From Bilabrum cf. latius (lineage: Eukaryota), in assembly GCA_965178125.1 (NCBI GenBank), contig OZ237735.1, positions 2,356,001 through 2,420,000 of the forward strand: a stretch of DNA of 64,000 nucleotides, read 5' to 3'. The notes beneath the pieces were generated by a model. It saw only the letters and a program-made list of their open reading frames with translations. It was not told where the DNA came from and did no database searches. Position numbers and translations under genes: made by a program. Below are positions 38,601 through 50,500 of this stretch, piece by piece. Numbering within the stretch: position 1 is the first letter of the stretch; the number at the start of each line of letters is the position of its first letter.

Positions 38601-41600
38601 ACCTCGACTCGGTGCGGTATGGCGCATCGGGGCAAGAGTACGACGCCAGGAACTGCACGGTGCTGTCTCACGAGCGGATCCGATGTCGTACGGCGGCTGG
38701 TGTGGGCCGGGGTCATGTGTTCCGCGTCACTGTGCGCGGACAGTCCTCTGCCCTGAACCCCGCAGCCACCCTGTCTTACGCACCTCCTGTGCTGACAAAT
38801 GTGCAGCCCACGAACGGTCCCACGAAGGGCCTCGTTGCCGTGACTGTGGATGGGACCAACCTCGGTCTGCAGGACTCTCGCATCCGATCTGGCGATGCTG
38901 GCGATGAGTCGGGCAGCTCGTCTCAGTCTTCGCTGCGTCTGCTATTCGGGTTCCCCGACGGCACCACAGGGCATGTTGACTCGACCCGCGCTGTGGTGCT
39001 GCAGTCCGCTGGCACCACCACACCCCCCGCACACCGCGTCACGTTCCTGCTGCCCGAGGGAGAGGGCTCCGACCTGGGCGTGCAGGCACTGGTGGACCCG
39101 GGACAGGGCCCCTCGTCCTGGCTGCGGTCGAACGTGGTGGTATTCGATTACGACAGCCCTGCACTGACCCGGCTGCATGCCGAGCTGTTCGATCCCATCG
39201 ATCGCCCGACCGACTACCGCATCACAGCCACAGGCACCAACTTCGGTCCCAGCCCCGTGTTCGTGGTGGGCGAGGCCCCGCCTCAGGTGGGCTTCGATCC
39301 CCCCACGTGTCCAACCACTAGTCAGGGCGTGCTGCTGCTAGCCTGCTGGGAGGTGGCTGCGCATTCCGAGTGCAAGATCGTGTCGGGTCACGAGCAGGTG
39401 AACTGCATCGTGTCCAATGTGGAGCGGGGATGCGTGTGGGTGCAGGACGGCACGGGCCGCGAGACAGCGGGCGTGTTGTTCGAGTCAGTGTCACCGTCCA
39501 TCGCAGAGCGAGGCGATGGCGAGGTCAGGCCCGACTTGGCCACCCGTGGCGGCACTGTGATCACCATGCGGGGTACGGCTTGGTCCACGACCGCTGGCGT
39601 GATGTCTGTGGACGTGGACGGCAGCCCGTGCACGAACGTGTCTGTGCGGTGTGTTGATGCCGCCCCGTGTACCGCCGCCTCGACGTACGAGCTGACCTGC
39701 ACGGCACCCGCCGGACAGGGTGCAGGCATTGATGTGACGGTGCTCCGAGGTGGCGTGGCATCGCTTCCTGACTTCGACTGGAACTACGCTGCGCCATCGG
39801 TGTCGTCTGTGAGTCCCTCGCTGCTGCCCACCTCTGGTGGCCTGACCACGATCACTGGCATGAACTTTGGCGCTGTGCCTGGGGATGCCGGCGTGGTAGT
39901 GAATGGCGTGAATGTGGACGTAGTGTCTTGGGACCACGAGGAGGTGGTGCTAGATGTGAGGGAGGGACAGGGCTCCGCCCGCAACGCCTTTCTAGACAAC
40001 GGGCGGCTGTCGGATTCCTTCCAGATTGGATATATGGCACCTTTCGTGGCGTCAGCTGCCCTTGTTGGCGGCGGCGAGCTGGATGTGCCTTCTCGCGGCA
40101 TGGTCAATGTGACGCTGGCAGGATCTAACTTTGGCGTGCAGGCACCCGCCGTGCATCTCGTGTGGAACCCGTCTGTGCCTCGCGCGCTGCCAGCCCCGCT
40201 GGACGGTGATGGTAACCCGCTGCCTACTCCTGACGAGCCGGTAGTTCCCAAACCGATGGTGTGTGAGGCGGTCGACTGGACACATAGGAGCGTGACTTGC
40301 ACCGTGCCCGCTGGTCAGGGTGCTGGCTGGGGCTGGCGCGTGACAGCTGGTGGGCAGTCCAACGACGCTGCCGCGGTGGAGGCAGCCTTCTCGTACAACG
40401 CCCCCCGGGTGCTTGGCTTTTCCTCTCATCAGAACGACGGCATGTCGCTGACAGGTGGCTCTCGAGACCTGGCTGTTCCTCTGTACCCTACCGAGGGCGG
40501 TGTTGTAGTGAACCTGTCGTGTGCAGATTGCGGTACCGCAGGCGCTATGGTGCGCCTACTGCCGAACAATCAGGAAGGCCCGGCTGGCAGTCGTCGAGTA
40601 CAGGCAGAGTCGAGTCCGGCGTGGTTCGGTGCCGTTGTACCTGTACTCTCGTAGGGCCACGACCAGATCTCCTTCGTGCTGCCTGAGGGTCAGGGTGATG
40701 GGCTGATGATTGATGTGGTTGTCATGGGCCAGCGTAGTTCTGGTACCGTGGTATTCGAATACGACGCTCCGTACATTGCAGCAGTAGCTATGCCAGCCAA
40801 AGTACCAACTCGCGGCACATTCTCCGAGAGCATCGCACCTGCGGACAGGGCGATTATGAGCGTGCTGGGGCATTCGTTCGGTATCGCTGCTTTAGCCCGC
40901 ACCGAGGTGCGGCTGCTTCCTCCTCGCGACAACGGGGCCATGGAGGTGACGCCAGACGAGTTCTTTGCCTCTCCGCCGCTACAGGCCACCGACGAGATGG
41001 GTCGTCCTCGCGGCGTGCCCACCGCCCGCATCCCCCTGAGCCTTCGACCAGACGTCGCCGAGCCCAGTGGATATGCCCTCGACACCTCGGGGGCGCGCTT
41101 CCACTCGCATTCCGAGATCCCGGCTGGGGTGCCCCAGGGCTACGGCCGTGACCTGCGACTGGTGGTGGCAGTGGACGGACGCCTGTCAAACCCCGTGCCA
41201 CTGAGCTACGACGCCCCTGAGATCTTCTTCGCCAGTCCCAACCAGCCCAGCGCAGCCGGCGATATCGTGCGAATCTTCGGCAACAACCTCGGCGAGACCC
41301 CGCCACTGCCCGGTGACGGTTTCTTGGTGGGCATCGGGGGTCTTAATTGCACCAACGGCGGCGGCAGTTGGACGTTAGATTCATCGGTGATTCCACCCGA
41401 GCCATTCCTGGAGTGCGAGACCATGGAGGACCGCGCTGGCCGCAAGAACATCTCCGTGAAAGTGGCACTGCAAGAGATCACGTACAACGACGAGCTGTCT
41501 CTGCGGCTGTCTGCCGAGTGCGATAACGACTACTATGGTGACAACGGCGAGTGGTGCCTTGAGTGCCCCGTGGGTGCCGACTGCCCTGGTGGACCGGTGG

Positions 41601-43927
41601 ACCCCGTGTCGCTGGCTGGGTTCTTCGACATGCGGCCCAACATCTCTGCAGCTGACCCTAACAAGCGGGACGAGCTGGCGTGCCCGGAGGAGCGCCGGGG
41701 GAAGGAGTCTCAGGAGCTGCGATCCTACTGCTTCCACTTCTTGCCGTGCCAGCCACAGGACGCGTGTCTGGGCAACAACGAGTGCTCCGCCGCGTACACG
41801 GGTCCGCGGTGCGCCGAGTGCTCCGAGGGCCATTTCCGGTCTACGCTGGGCGTATGCGAGGAGTGCCCCGACAACCAGTGGGTGATCTTGATCCTGTTTG
41901 TGGTGGCCGTGCTGTTCATGGGCATCGGTGCGTACTTCGTGGCCAGGGCTGACATCCAGATCGCACCCCTAAGTCTGAGCCTGGACTATGCCCAGGTGCT
42001 TGCCATCCTAGCTCGATCCAAGGTGCCGTGGCCTCCGATCGTGCTGAACACCTTCCGCATCCTGTCGGCTTTCAACCTCAACATCGACATCGTGGCCCCT
42101 CAGTGCATCGTGCCCAACGTGGGCTACATCGCGCAATGGACTGCCATCATGCTGCTGCCCCTCGCGGCTCTGGCAATGTTCGGGCTGTGTCACGTGTCTC
42201 TGTACCTGTACAAGCTGCTAGTGCTGGGGCGCCCAAGAAGCAAGCGCTGCAACCATTACCCTATCCTGCTCATGATGGGCTCTGGCTCGCTGTACATCCT
42301 GTACCTGCAGCTCACACGCACCATTCTAGACGTGTGGAACTGCAGCCCCACCACCCCACCTGACGGCAAGCTGTACCTTCAGGTCGTGTTCGAGGAATGC
42401 GGCAAGCCGGGCGGCGTGTAGATGACGCTGCTTCCGTTTGCCATCATTGCTTTTGCAGTGTATACAGTAGCATACCCAGTGACGGTGGCCGTGCTGCTGT
42501 ATAGGAGCCGTGACCTGATCGTGGAGGACCAGCTGCTGAGGGCACGCGGTCTTGGCAAGGACAGGAGCACAAACCCGCACGCGTTTGACACGCGCAAGAG
42601 TCTGCACAAGCTGTACTACTTCTTCCGTCCTGTGGTGGCCCCGTACTGGATCCTGACCATCCTGGCCCGCAAGTTCGGCGTGGCTGTGGTGAGTCTGCTG
42701 TTCGTGAACAATGCTGCGTACCAGCTGGCTACCCTGCTGCTGGTGGTGTTCCTGAGCTACACGGCCCAGGTGTACGTGATGCCGTACATGTCTCGCGAGG
42801 ACATGGCCGATGCCATCCGCGACCATGAGCAGCGCTGCGAGAAGGGCGATCTGATGCACATTACGATCAAAACACGTCTGCAGCGCGTGTTCCAGGACCG
42901 TGCCAAGGCCTGGGACCGCCGCCGCTTCGGGTAGGGCATCAGCGGCAGTGCCAGCGACAACTCGCTGATGGCGTCTGTGACTGCGGCCGCCACCCAGTGC
43001 GCTGTGTCGTACAACACTCTGGAGAGCACATAGCTGGCGCTGACCGTGCTGATTGCGCTGTCTGGTGTCTGCTTCTAGTCGGGTCGCTTCGACGACGATC
43101 TGATCGGGGTGCAGTCGAGTCGCGCTATCGAGCGCGATGTGCTGACGGTGGTGACCATGATGCTGATCTTCGGCGGGCTGATCTTCTGCGCTGTGTCCAT
43201 CGGTCTGGAGGTGTACACGTCTCTCAACGAGCAGTGGCGCAAGGATGCGCTCAATAGCGCTGGTGCAAGAAGCAGTCGCGTTGGCAAGGGCAAGGCCGGC
43301 CCCATGTCCCAGCGCGCCATGAAGGAGCTCCAGCGGCTCAGAGACCTCGAGACCGGTGGCAGCTCCGCAGACAGTGGGAGCATTGCGGGAGGTTTGGAGG
43401 TGTCAAGTAGCGGCAGCGCAGCGTCCGCGTCTGGCGTGGGTGTGAACCCGATGTTCCTCGGCTCCGGGTCCTCCAAGGGGGCCGACACGGGTGCCAAGGC
43501 CGATGAGGCCCTCTTAGCCACTGACGTGCCGGACGCCGCGACTTGGCAGTTCGTGCGAAACCACATGCGTGAGCTCAAGGCGGAGGTGTAGCGCCTGCGA
43601 AAGAGCGAGAGGGTCGTAGAAATGGGCGGGGGGACCTCGGATTTTGTTGCGAGGGGCACCGTAGGGCGTCGCGTGCGGGGAGTTGGACGCCCAGGCTCCC
43701 TCGGACGTTCCAGGAACGCCTTCGGTCCAACTCAGGCGGACAGCAGTGAAGTACATCTTAAAGCCAGAAAGGCCAAAGAGTTAAATCGCCGAAAGGATGT
43801 GCGCAGCTTCTTGCGCAGTGATGGGACAAGCGGCTCTCAGCGAAGCCTGCTCTCTGGTGGAAAGTCCGATTTGACGCGAGTAGAGAACCCAGTGGCCGCG
43901 GATTTGGTCGGCTCTGACACCACGTGA
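29629..43927 (+). CDS. Giant cell-surface protein: signal peptide, lectin/LamG-like and sushi-like modules, cadherin repeats, IPT/TIG repeats, Cys-rich EGF-like region, multi-pass TM domain
   Basis: From ~31650 a single frame broken only by TAG runs to TGA 43925-43927. Cadherin motifs (LDYE, DxNEPP, ATDPE), IPT motifs (GxNFGP, YAAPSV), CAECSEGHFR, and several hydrophobic helices at 41880-43210. The 5' exons (introns starting near 29720, 29892, 30312, 30804, 31559) are approximate. Confidence 0.8.
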
Positions 43928-44186
43928 GTCGCATTGATTGGGTTTGTACTGTTTATGTTACCTGTCCCCTTGCTCAGACCTGGTGCGGCTGTATGCACGT
44001 TCGTGTGCTTGCCAGCCTATCGTCAGGGACGGAGGCCTGATGCGGCTCGAGCTTTGGCGGCAGTAGTGTTGCTATGCTAGACAGCCATGCTATTATTCAG
44101 AACCATGTCGAGTTCCAAGTTTCGCCTCAGTCATGTATCACTGTGTTTTGCCCGCTGCGTGCGCTTGCTAGTGCTGCCCCTACTAC

Positions 44187-44764
44187 AGAAAAATTCCTGC
44201 CCCCGGTCCCGCGGACCCACTGGGCTTCACCCCGAACGACTGGTTCTTCACCGGTCCACCTGAATGCGGTATTCATCTGACACTACGAATGTACACACCA
44301 CTTTCCCCATGCACCCGACTGGCCTCGTCGCCACATGGCTTCCTGTTCCTGTTCCCCGCCCTAGGGACCGTGTGCTTTGCTCCATGCATTGCCACCTTGG
44401 CCCTATCCTCTTGCAGCGTGCACGCGCCGGTTCTGGCCGGCCCATGGTGCGCCCCGTCTGTCCACCCACCTGTTGGCCCTCTGCGTTCTGCGGGCCATGC
44501 AGCCCGCTGCCACTCGCGTCTCTCTCGTGCCTTGCACCTGGAGCCCCCTACCTCCCGTTGTGTTCTCCCTGTTGACACCGCACTGTCGTAGCCTGTGCCG
44601 GTGTCCCCTCTGTCCTTCTCCACCTCCTGTCCTCCTGTGCCGGTGTCCCCTCTGTTCTTCTCCACCTCCTGTCCTCCTGTGCCGGTGTCCCCTCTGTCCT
44701 TCTCCACCTCCTGTCCTCCTGCGCCCACCCCGTCTTCCGGCTCGCCTCTGCTCCCCGTCGCTTC
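44187..44764 (-). mobile_element. Zinc-finger-associated repeat, copy E4a (lacks the 27-bp head; internal 42-bp triplication)
   Basis: Reverse complement of 44792-45277, with three tandem 42-bp units at ~44593-44720. Confidence 0.8.
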
Positions 44765-45400
44765 TGTTATATGTACTCGGACATCAGGATTGAAGCAACG
44801 GGGAGCAGAGGTGAGACGGAAGACGAGGCGGGAGGGCAGGAGGTGGAGAAGAAGAGGGGGACACCGGCACAGGCGACGACAGTGCGGTGTCAACAGGGAG
44901 AACACAACGGGAGGAATGGGGGCTCCAGGTGCAAGGCACGAGGGAGACGCGGGTGGCAGCGGACTGCATGGCCAGCAGCACGCAGAAGGCCAACAGGTGG
45001 GTGGACAGATGGGGCGCACGGCAGGTCGGCCAGGACCGGCGCGTGCAAGCTGAAAGGATAGGGCCAAGGTGGCGATGCTGGGAGCAAAGCACACGGTCCC
45101 TAGGGCGGGGAACAGGAACAGGAAGCCATGTGGCGACGAGGCCAGTCGGGTGCATGGGGAAAGTGGTGTGTACATTCGTAGTGTCAGATGAATACCGCAT
45201 TCAGGTGGACCGGTGAAGAACCAGTCGTTCGGGGTGAAGCCCAGTGGGTCCGCGGGACCGGGGGCAAGAATTTTTCTTTTTGGTAACTGCCAACCAGTGG
45301 AGTTTGCAGCAGCCGTGAAGATGAGCCAATGGGTGTGGTTGAAGGAACAAATCTGATCTGTAGTCTAGGTTCAAATCCTGATGTACGAGGAAACATAACA
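44765..45400 (+). mobile_element. Longest repeat copy E4b, 636 bp, with imperfect 27-bp terminal inverted repeats (MITE- or solo-LTR-like)
   Basis: Left end TGTTATATGTACTCGGACATCAGGATT; reverse complement of the right end TGTTATGTTTCCTCGTACATCAGGATT. No TSD. Abuts the ZF4 TAA at 45401. Confidence 0.8.
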
Positions 45401-47020
45401 TTACTGGTGCTTGCGCTCGCCCAGATGCACAGTGGACATGTGCCTCCTGAGATGGCTTGCCACCCCGAATGACTTGCCGCATACCATGCACTCGTGCTTG
45501 CGCTCGCCCAGATGCACAGTGGACATGTGCCTCCTGAGATCCCCTGCCTGCCCGAATGACTTGCCGCACACCATGCACTCGTGCTTGCGCTCGCCCAGAT
45601 GCACAGTGGACATGTGCGTCCTGAGATCCCCTGCCTGCCCGAATGACTTGCCGCACACCATGCACTCGTGCTTGCGCTCGCCCAGATGCACAGTGGACAG
45701 GTGCTTCCTGAGTGAGCCTGCCTCCCCGAATAACTTGCCGCACACCATGCACTCGTGCTTGCGCTCGCCCAGATGCACAGTGGACAGGTGCGTCCTGAGT
45801 GAGCCTGCCTCCCCGAATGACTTGCCGCATACCATGCACTCGTGCTTGCGCTCGCCCAGATGCACAGTGGACATGTGCCTCCTGAGATTGCCTGCCAGCC
45901 CGAATGACTTGCCGCACACACTGCACTCGTGCTTGCGCTCGCCCAGATGCACAGTGGACAGGTGCGTCTTGAGAGTGCCTGCCTGCCCAAATGACTTGCC
46001 GCACACACTGCACTCGTGCTTGCGCTCGCCCAGATGCACAGTGGACATGTGCGTCCTGAGATTGCCTGCCAGCCCGAATGACTTGCCGCACACACTGCAC
46101 TCGTGCTTGCGCTCGCCCAGATGCACAGTGGACATGTGCGTCCTGAGATTCCCTGCCACACCGAATGACTTGCCGCACGCCATGCACTCGTGCTTGCGCT
46201 CGCCATGATGCACAGTGGACATGTGCGTCCTGAGTGAGCCTGCCTCCCCGAATGACTTGCCGCACACACTGCACTCGTGCTTGCGCTCGCCCAGATGCAC
46301 AGTGGACAGGTGCGTCTTGAGATTGCCTGCCTGCCCAAATGACTTGCCGCACACCATGCACTCGTGCTTGCGCTACCCCAGGTGCACAGTGGACATGTGC
46401 GTCCTGAGTGAGCCTGCCACACCGAATGACTTGCCGCACACACTGCACTCGTGCTTGCGCTCGCCCAGATGCACAGTGGACAGGTGCCTCCTCAAGCTGG
46501 CCATGCTGCTCAGTACTTTCCCGCAGTCCTCGCATTCATATCCGTCAGCTGACACACTTCCAGCTGCTTCCCCCCGCCGCCTCTTAGCCCTACCATCCTA
46601 GTAGACGTCCATTGCCTCCACATTCAAAACTGTCTGCCTGCCGCGCTTCTGCCCCAGAGAGGCACTGCTGCTGTCGCCTGCAGCTGCACCTGAGCTTGCT
46701 TTCATCGATGATTGCGCCATCGGCTATGATACTGTGCTGCTGCTGCTGCTGGATGATCCTGACGCCACAAAGGACACGGGACTACTAGACTGAGGCGGGA
46801 CGATGGCCCCAGCTGGATCGCGACTTGGATCCTGTGCCCTGCCTTTCGAATACACACCACGGTTGCCATGCCTGCCATTGTGAGTCCTTTCTCTTGTTCC
46901 TTCGCTTATCCCGATGCATCTGTCGGGGGCTTCGACATCACTTTCGCAAGCGTCGCTCTCGCTGGAGTCGCTGTGGACGAGATCGATCACCTCCTCGGAG
47001 CTTGGACCGGCTTGCGCCAT
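45401..47020 (-). CDS. Tandem C2H2 zinc-finger protein ZF4 (13 fingers)
   Basis: ATG 47020 MAQAGPSSEEVIDLVHSDSSESD. One frame through TAGs at 46724, ~46598 and 46373. Ends GERKHQ-TAA. Confidence 0.9.
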
Positions 47021-47509
47021 GGCGATATTGGGCAGTTGATGCTCCACGTGTGTAATTTGTAGATGTATATCAGGCCGACTGGCTGGCGGCTGCAGAACGA
47101 AAACCAGCGACTGACAAGCAGAACGACCTGGAAGCGACCTGGCACCCTGCAGTAGACTGCTCTATTTCGATTTCGCCCGACCTGGTCTCAGAGCTCTTCT
47201 CGAACAAGTCAAACGCCAACGCCAAGATGGAGACTTCAAAGACGGAATGAGTTGAAATCGAGAGATCTGAAAGTTGTCATCCACTCGCCGCGCCGCGACA
47301 GCGGAACCTGGTTTGCGGCCCGGGGCCCCCGCGAACCAAGTTGAACCGGCTGGTGCCGTTCGCACGGGAAAGCTTTGGATTTCACACTTCATTAGGGGAT
47401 TTATTCGGCCACCGTGTTGTCTGAATTTAGATCAGCAGATGGAGCGGCACGCCCTCGAGGAGATCCCGTCTGACACGGGGTTGGCACAGCTCAACCGCCA
47501 CCACAACCA

Positions 47510-50500
47510 TCACTCCAGGCTATCTTCCGGAGCCCCAGCCTCGCGCGCTATCTGCTCGAGCGCCTGGACTACCGCACCGGCGGTCGGCCGATCCGAAGGC
47601 TTGTACGCCCAGCATCGCTCAAGCAGATCGCGGTAGTCCTTCGGGACTGCCTCGTTGACAGGAGGCCTCTGGCCGCTCTCCAGCCGCCTGCAGTAGTCGT
47701 ACTATGACCTGCCCATCAGCGGATTCTAGCGGACGTCGTCAGCGATCAGCTCCCACATCACCATGCCAAGAGAAAATACGTCAGCAGGTGGGCCATACCC
47801 CACCTAGCCCTCGACCCCTGCGAGCACCTCTGGGCTCACCCACCCCATCGTGCCTCGCTCCAGGGTCAGCTCAGAGGCGCTCCCGGCAGCGAACATGCTG
47901 ATGCCCCTGGAATCCCCCTGTAAGGACGTTCCAGCCCCAGACCCCCCTGCCGATCCAGAGGAGGGACGGTAGGGCACACCATCTGCATCCTCCATGGCTA
48001 GGATCTTCACCGTCCCGTAGTCTCCCAGCTTGGCCATGATTCGCTGCTGGGAGGGATGCACGTCGCAGAGCACGTTGAAGGATTTGATGTCGCGGTGCAG
48101 CCTGCGGTTCGCGTGCAGGTGCGCCAGTCCTCGCGCGCAATCCATTGCGAGGCAAGCGCGCTCCCAGAATTGCAGCTCCGGATCATCACTACCACCCTCC
48201 TCACCATCGTCCTAGCTGCCGGCTGCTCCACCGCCAGCAGCACCGCCGTGGCTCTTCTCAGTGCTTTCCGAGCCATCGCCAGCACCAGAGACACTCGCTC
48301 TGCGACGCTTATCCCACTTTGGCGGAGCCGACTCGATCACAACTCTCAGGTTGCCTAGGTCGAGACACTCGTACACTACCATCATCTGCGGCTCCCAGCA
48401 CGCCCCAATCAGCCGCACCAAGTTGGGGTGATCGCTCAAGGATAGCAGCCCCTGCAGTTCATGGATGAATTCAGCGGTCCTGCCGAGGTCACGCAGGTTC
48501 TTGAATTGCTTGACAGCGACTCGAACACTGGAGCCTTCCTCCTGATCCAAAGAAATGTCGTTGCCCTCGCTCTCGGATGACCCTGTGCCGCTATGGCCGC
48601 TCACTGCCGCTGCAATCGACCCGCTAGCCATGCTTTCGGCTCCAATGTCGTGGCGCTGCCGGTCAGGATACCAGGTACCCAGCTTCACTACGGCATACTT
48701 GCCCTCACCTATGGGCCTGTCGTCAAGATCCATCGCATGGAATTCGATTCTGGGGAAGTTTCGTCGAAGTACTTCAAGCTCTATAGCCTATCGCTTGCGC
48801 TCCTCCTCTTCCTTCTTGCGCCGCTCTTCCTCTTCCCTGCGCTTTCTCTCGGCTTCTCTAGCCTGCCGCGGCGAGTTGGAGGTATGCCTCAGCCGTCCAA
48901 GGAGCGCCTACATTGCAGAGCTTTGACCGCTCGACCCAGTGCTCTGCCGTTTGTGGCCAGTATCTTTCACTGATGGTGGTCGTCCCGGCCGACCGGGCCG
49001 CCCTGGCTGTGCTGCTTGCCGTGGTCTTGGCATAGGTCTTGCTCCTGGTTGGCCCGGTCTGCCGGGCTGGGTTCCCACCCCTGCTGGCTTTGCTTGGCCA
49101 GCGGGGTGCTGGGGACGGCCAGGTCGGCCAGGGCGCTGCGAAGGGCTGGCCTTGCTCTACGCTGCTTTCTGGTCTGCCTAGCCGCTCGCAGTGTTAGAAA
49201 CGGCTGCTAGTTGCTAGGCCCCGGCAGCATCAGGGGTTGGTCCTGGCTGAGGCTGAGTTACAGCTGCTCGCGGGACTGGGGGCACCACTGACAGGTCAGG
49301 AGTTGGCTTGGTCCCTCTAAACCCTGAGGCCTCTCGCTACCTGGTAGCATCCGGCTGCTATTGGTCTGCATCAGGGGCGGTTTGCTATTCGTCCGACGAT
49401 CGCGACTCCGGTGATTGATTTCCCGCTGACACAGTTGCAGTTCGATGCTTCGTCTCGACATGGTCGTGGGAGCTGCTCCTCGGGCGGCCTTCTGGTCTCT
49501 GGATCCGAGGTCCCATGGACGCGTTGGGACTGCTGGGCGCTGCTGACCGTTCCACGTGTGCTGGGCCGTGCCTTCCAGCATGGCTCTTCTGCTTCTTCCG
49601 CGTCTGGTCTGTGTGCTTGCTTATTACCTTCTGCAGCTTGCTCCGCCTCATTCGCAGCATGCTAGCAGCCACCTGAAACAGCTCCTGGTCAGGAACACTT
49701 TCCGCTGACCGGTGATACGAATGCTGCGGGGGCTTGCTTGCGATAAAATCATCCCTTGAAGCATTTTGGGCCTTCTATTCGGCTATTTCGTCGCTTGCTG
49801 CGTCCACAGGGCTGGGCGTCGACTTGGGTGCTCCAATGACAGCGCCCGACAAGCTGCTGTCTGCACTCCCCTCATCTGCTCCTGCATCAACCACACCGCC
49901 TTCGGCTACGTCTTCATGCGGATCCTGCTAACGGCTGCCTTTGCTCTCCATTTCGGTGCCACCAGTTTCAAGATAGGAAACGGCAACTCGTACTCGCCGC
50001 GACAAGTAGGCGAGCAAAGTCTCGCCGTCACTGACCACCGCTTCGAGCGCCACTGCATCGTCAGACAAGCGGTCCACGAGCGATCCCACAAGGCTCCGCG
50101 AAGCTGACGTTCCACTCGACACAGAAGATGTGCTGCGACCTGTGCTGGCTCGTCCCCGCTGGAGAACATCTGTGCTGGAGCGAACGGCTAGTCGCGGCGG
50201 CAACGCCGTCAATGGCCTCGAGCTGGCAAGGCTGGGAGCTGGCAGAGCTTCCTTCGGTGATCTGCCCCCCGTGTGCTCTGAAGCAACTGCTTGGCGCGCT
50301 TGCCGGGCGTGCAGCTCGCTATCAAAATCAACCGCATCGCTATCGTTGGATACGTGAGCTTGCGCCCGAGTTGCAGAACAACCTGAGGCCACGCCACCAG
50401 CTCGTGCGCTGGCTGCACGACCCTCAGACCTGTCCACTCGTAGTGTGCCTCCGCTCTGCAGCGTGACAACATTTTTGGGTCGAGCAGGAAGCCGACGCCG

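Noticed and set aside
45320-45400. tRNA gene or tRNA-derived SINE (B-box-like GGTTCAAATCC) or hammerhead ribozyme (CTGATG...GAAAC)
   Set aside because: I could not fold a cloverleaf. The hammerhead core lacks CTGATGA and stem II, and the motif is not conserved in other copies.
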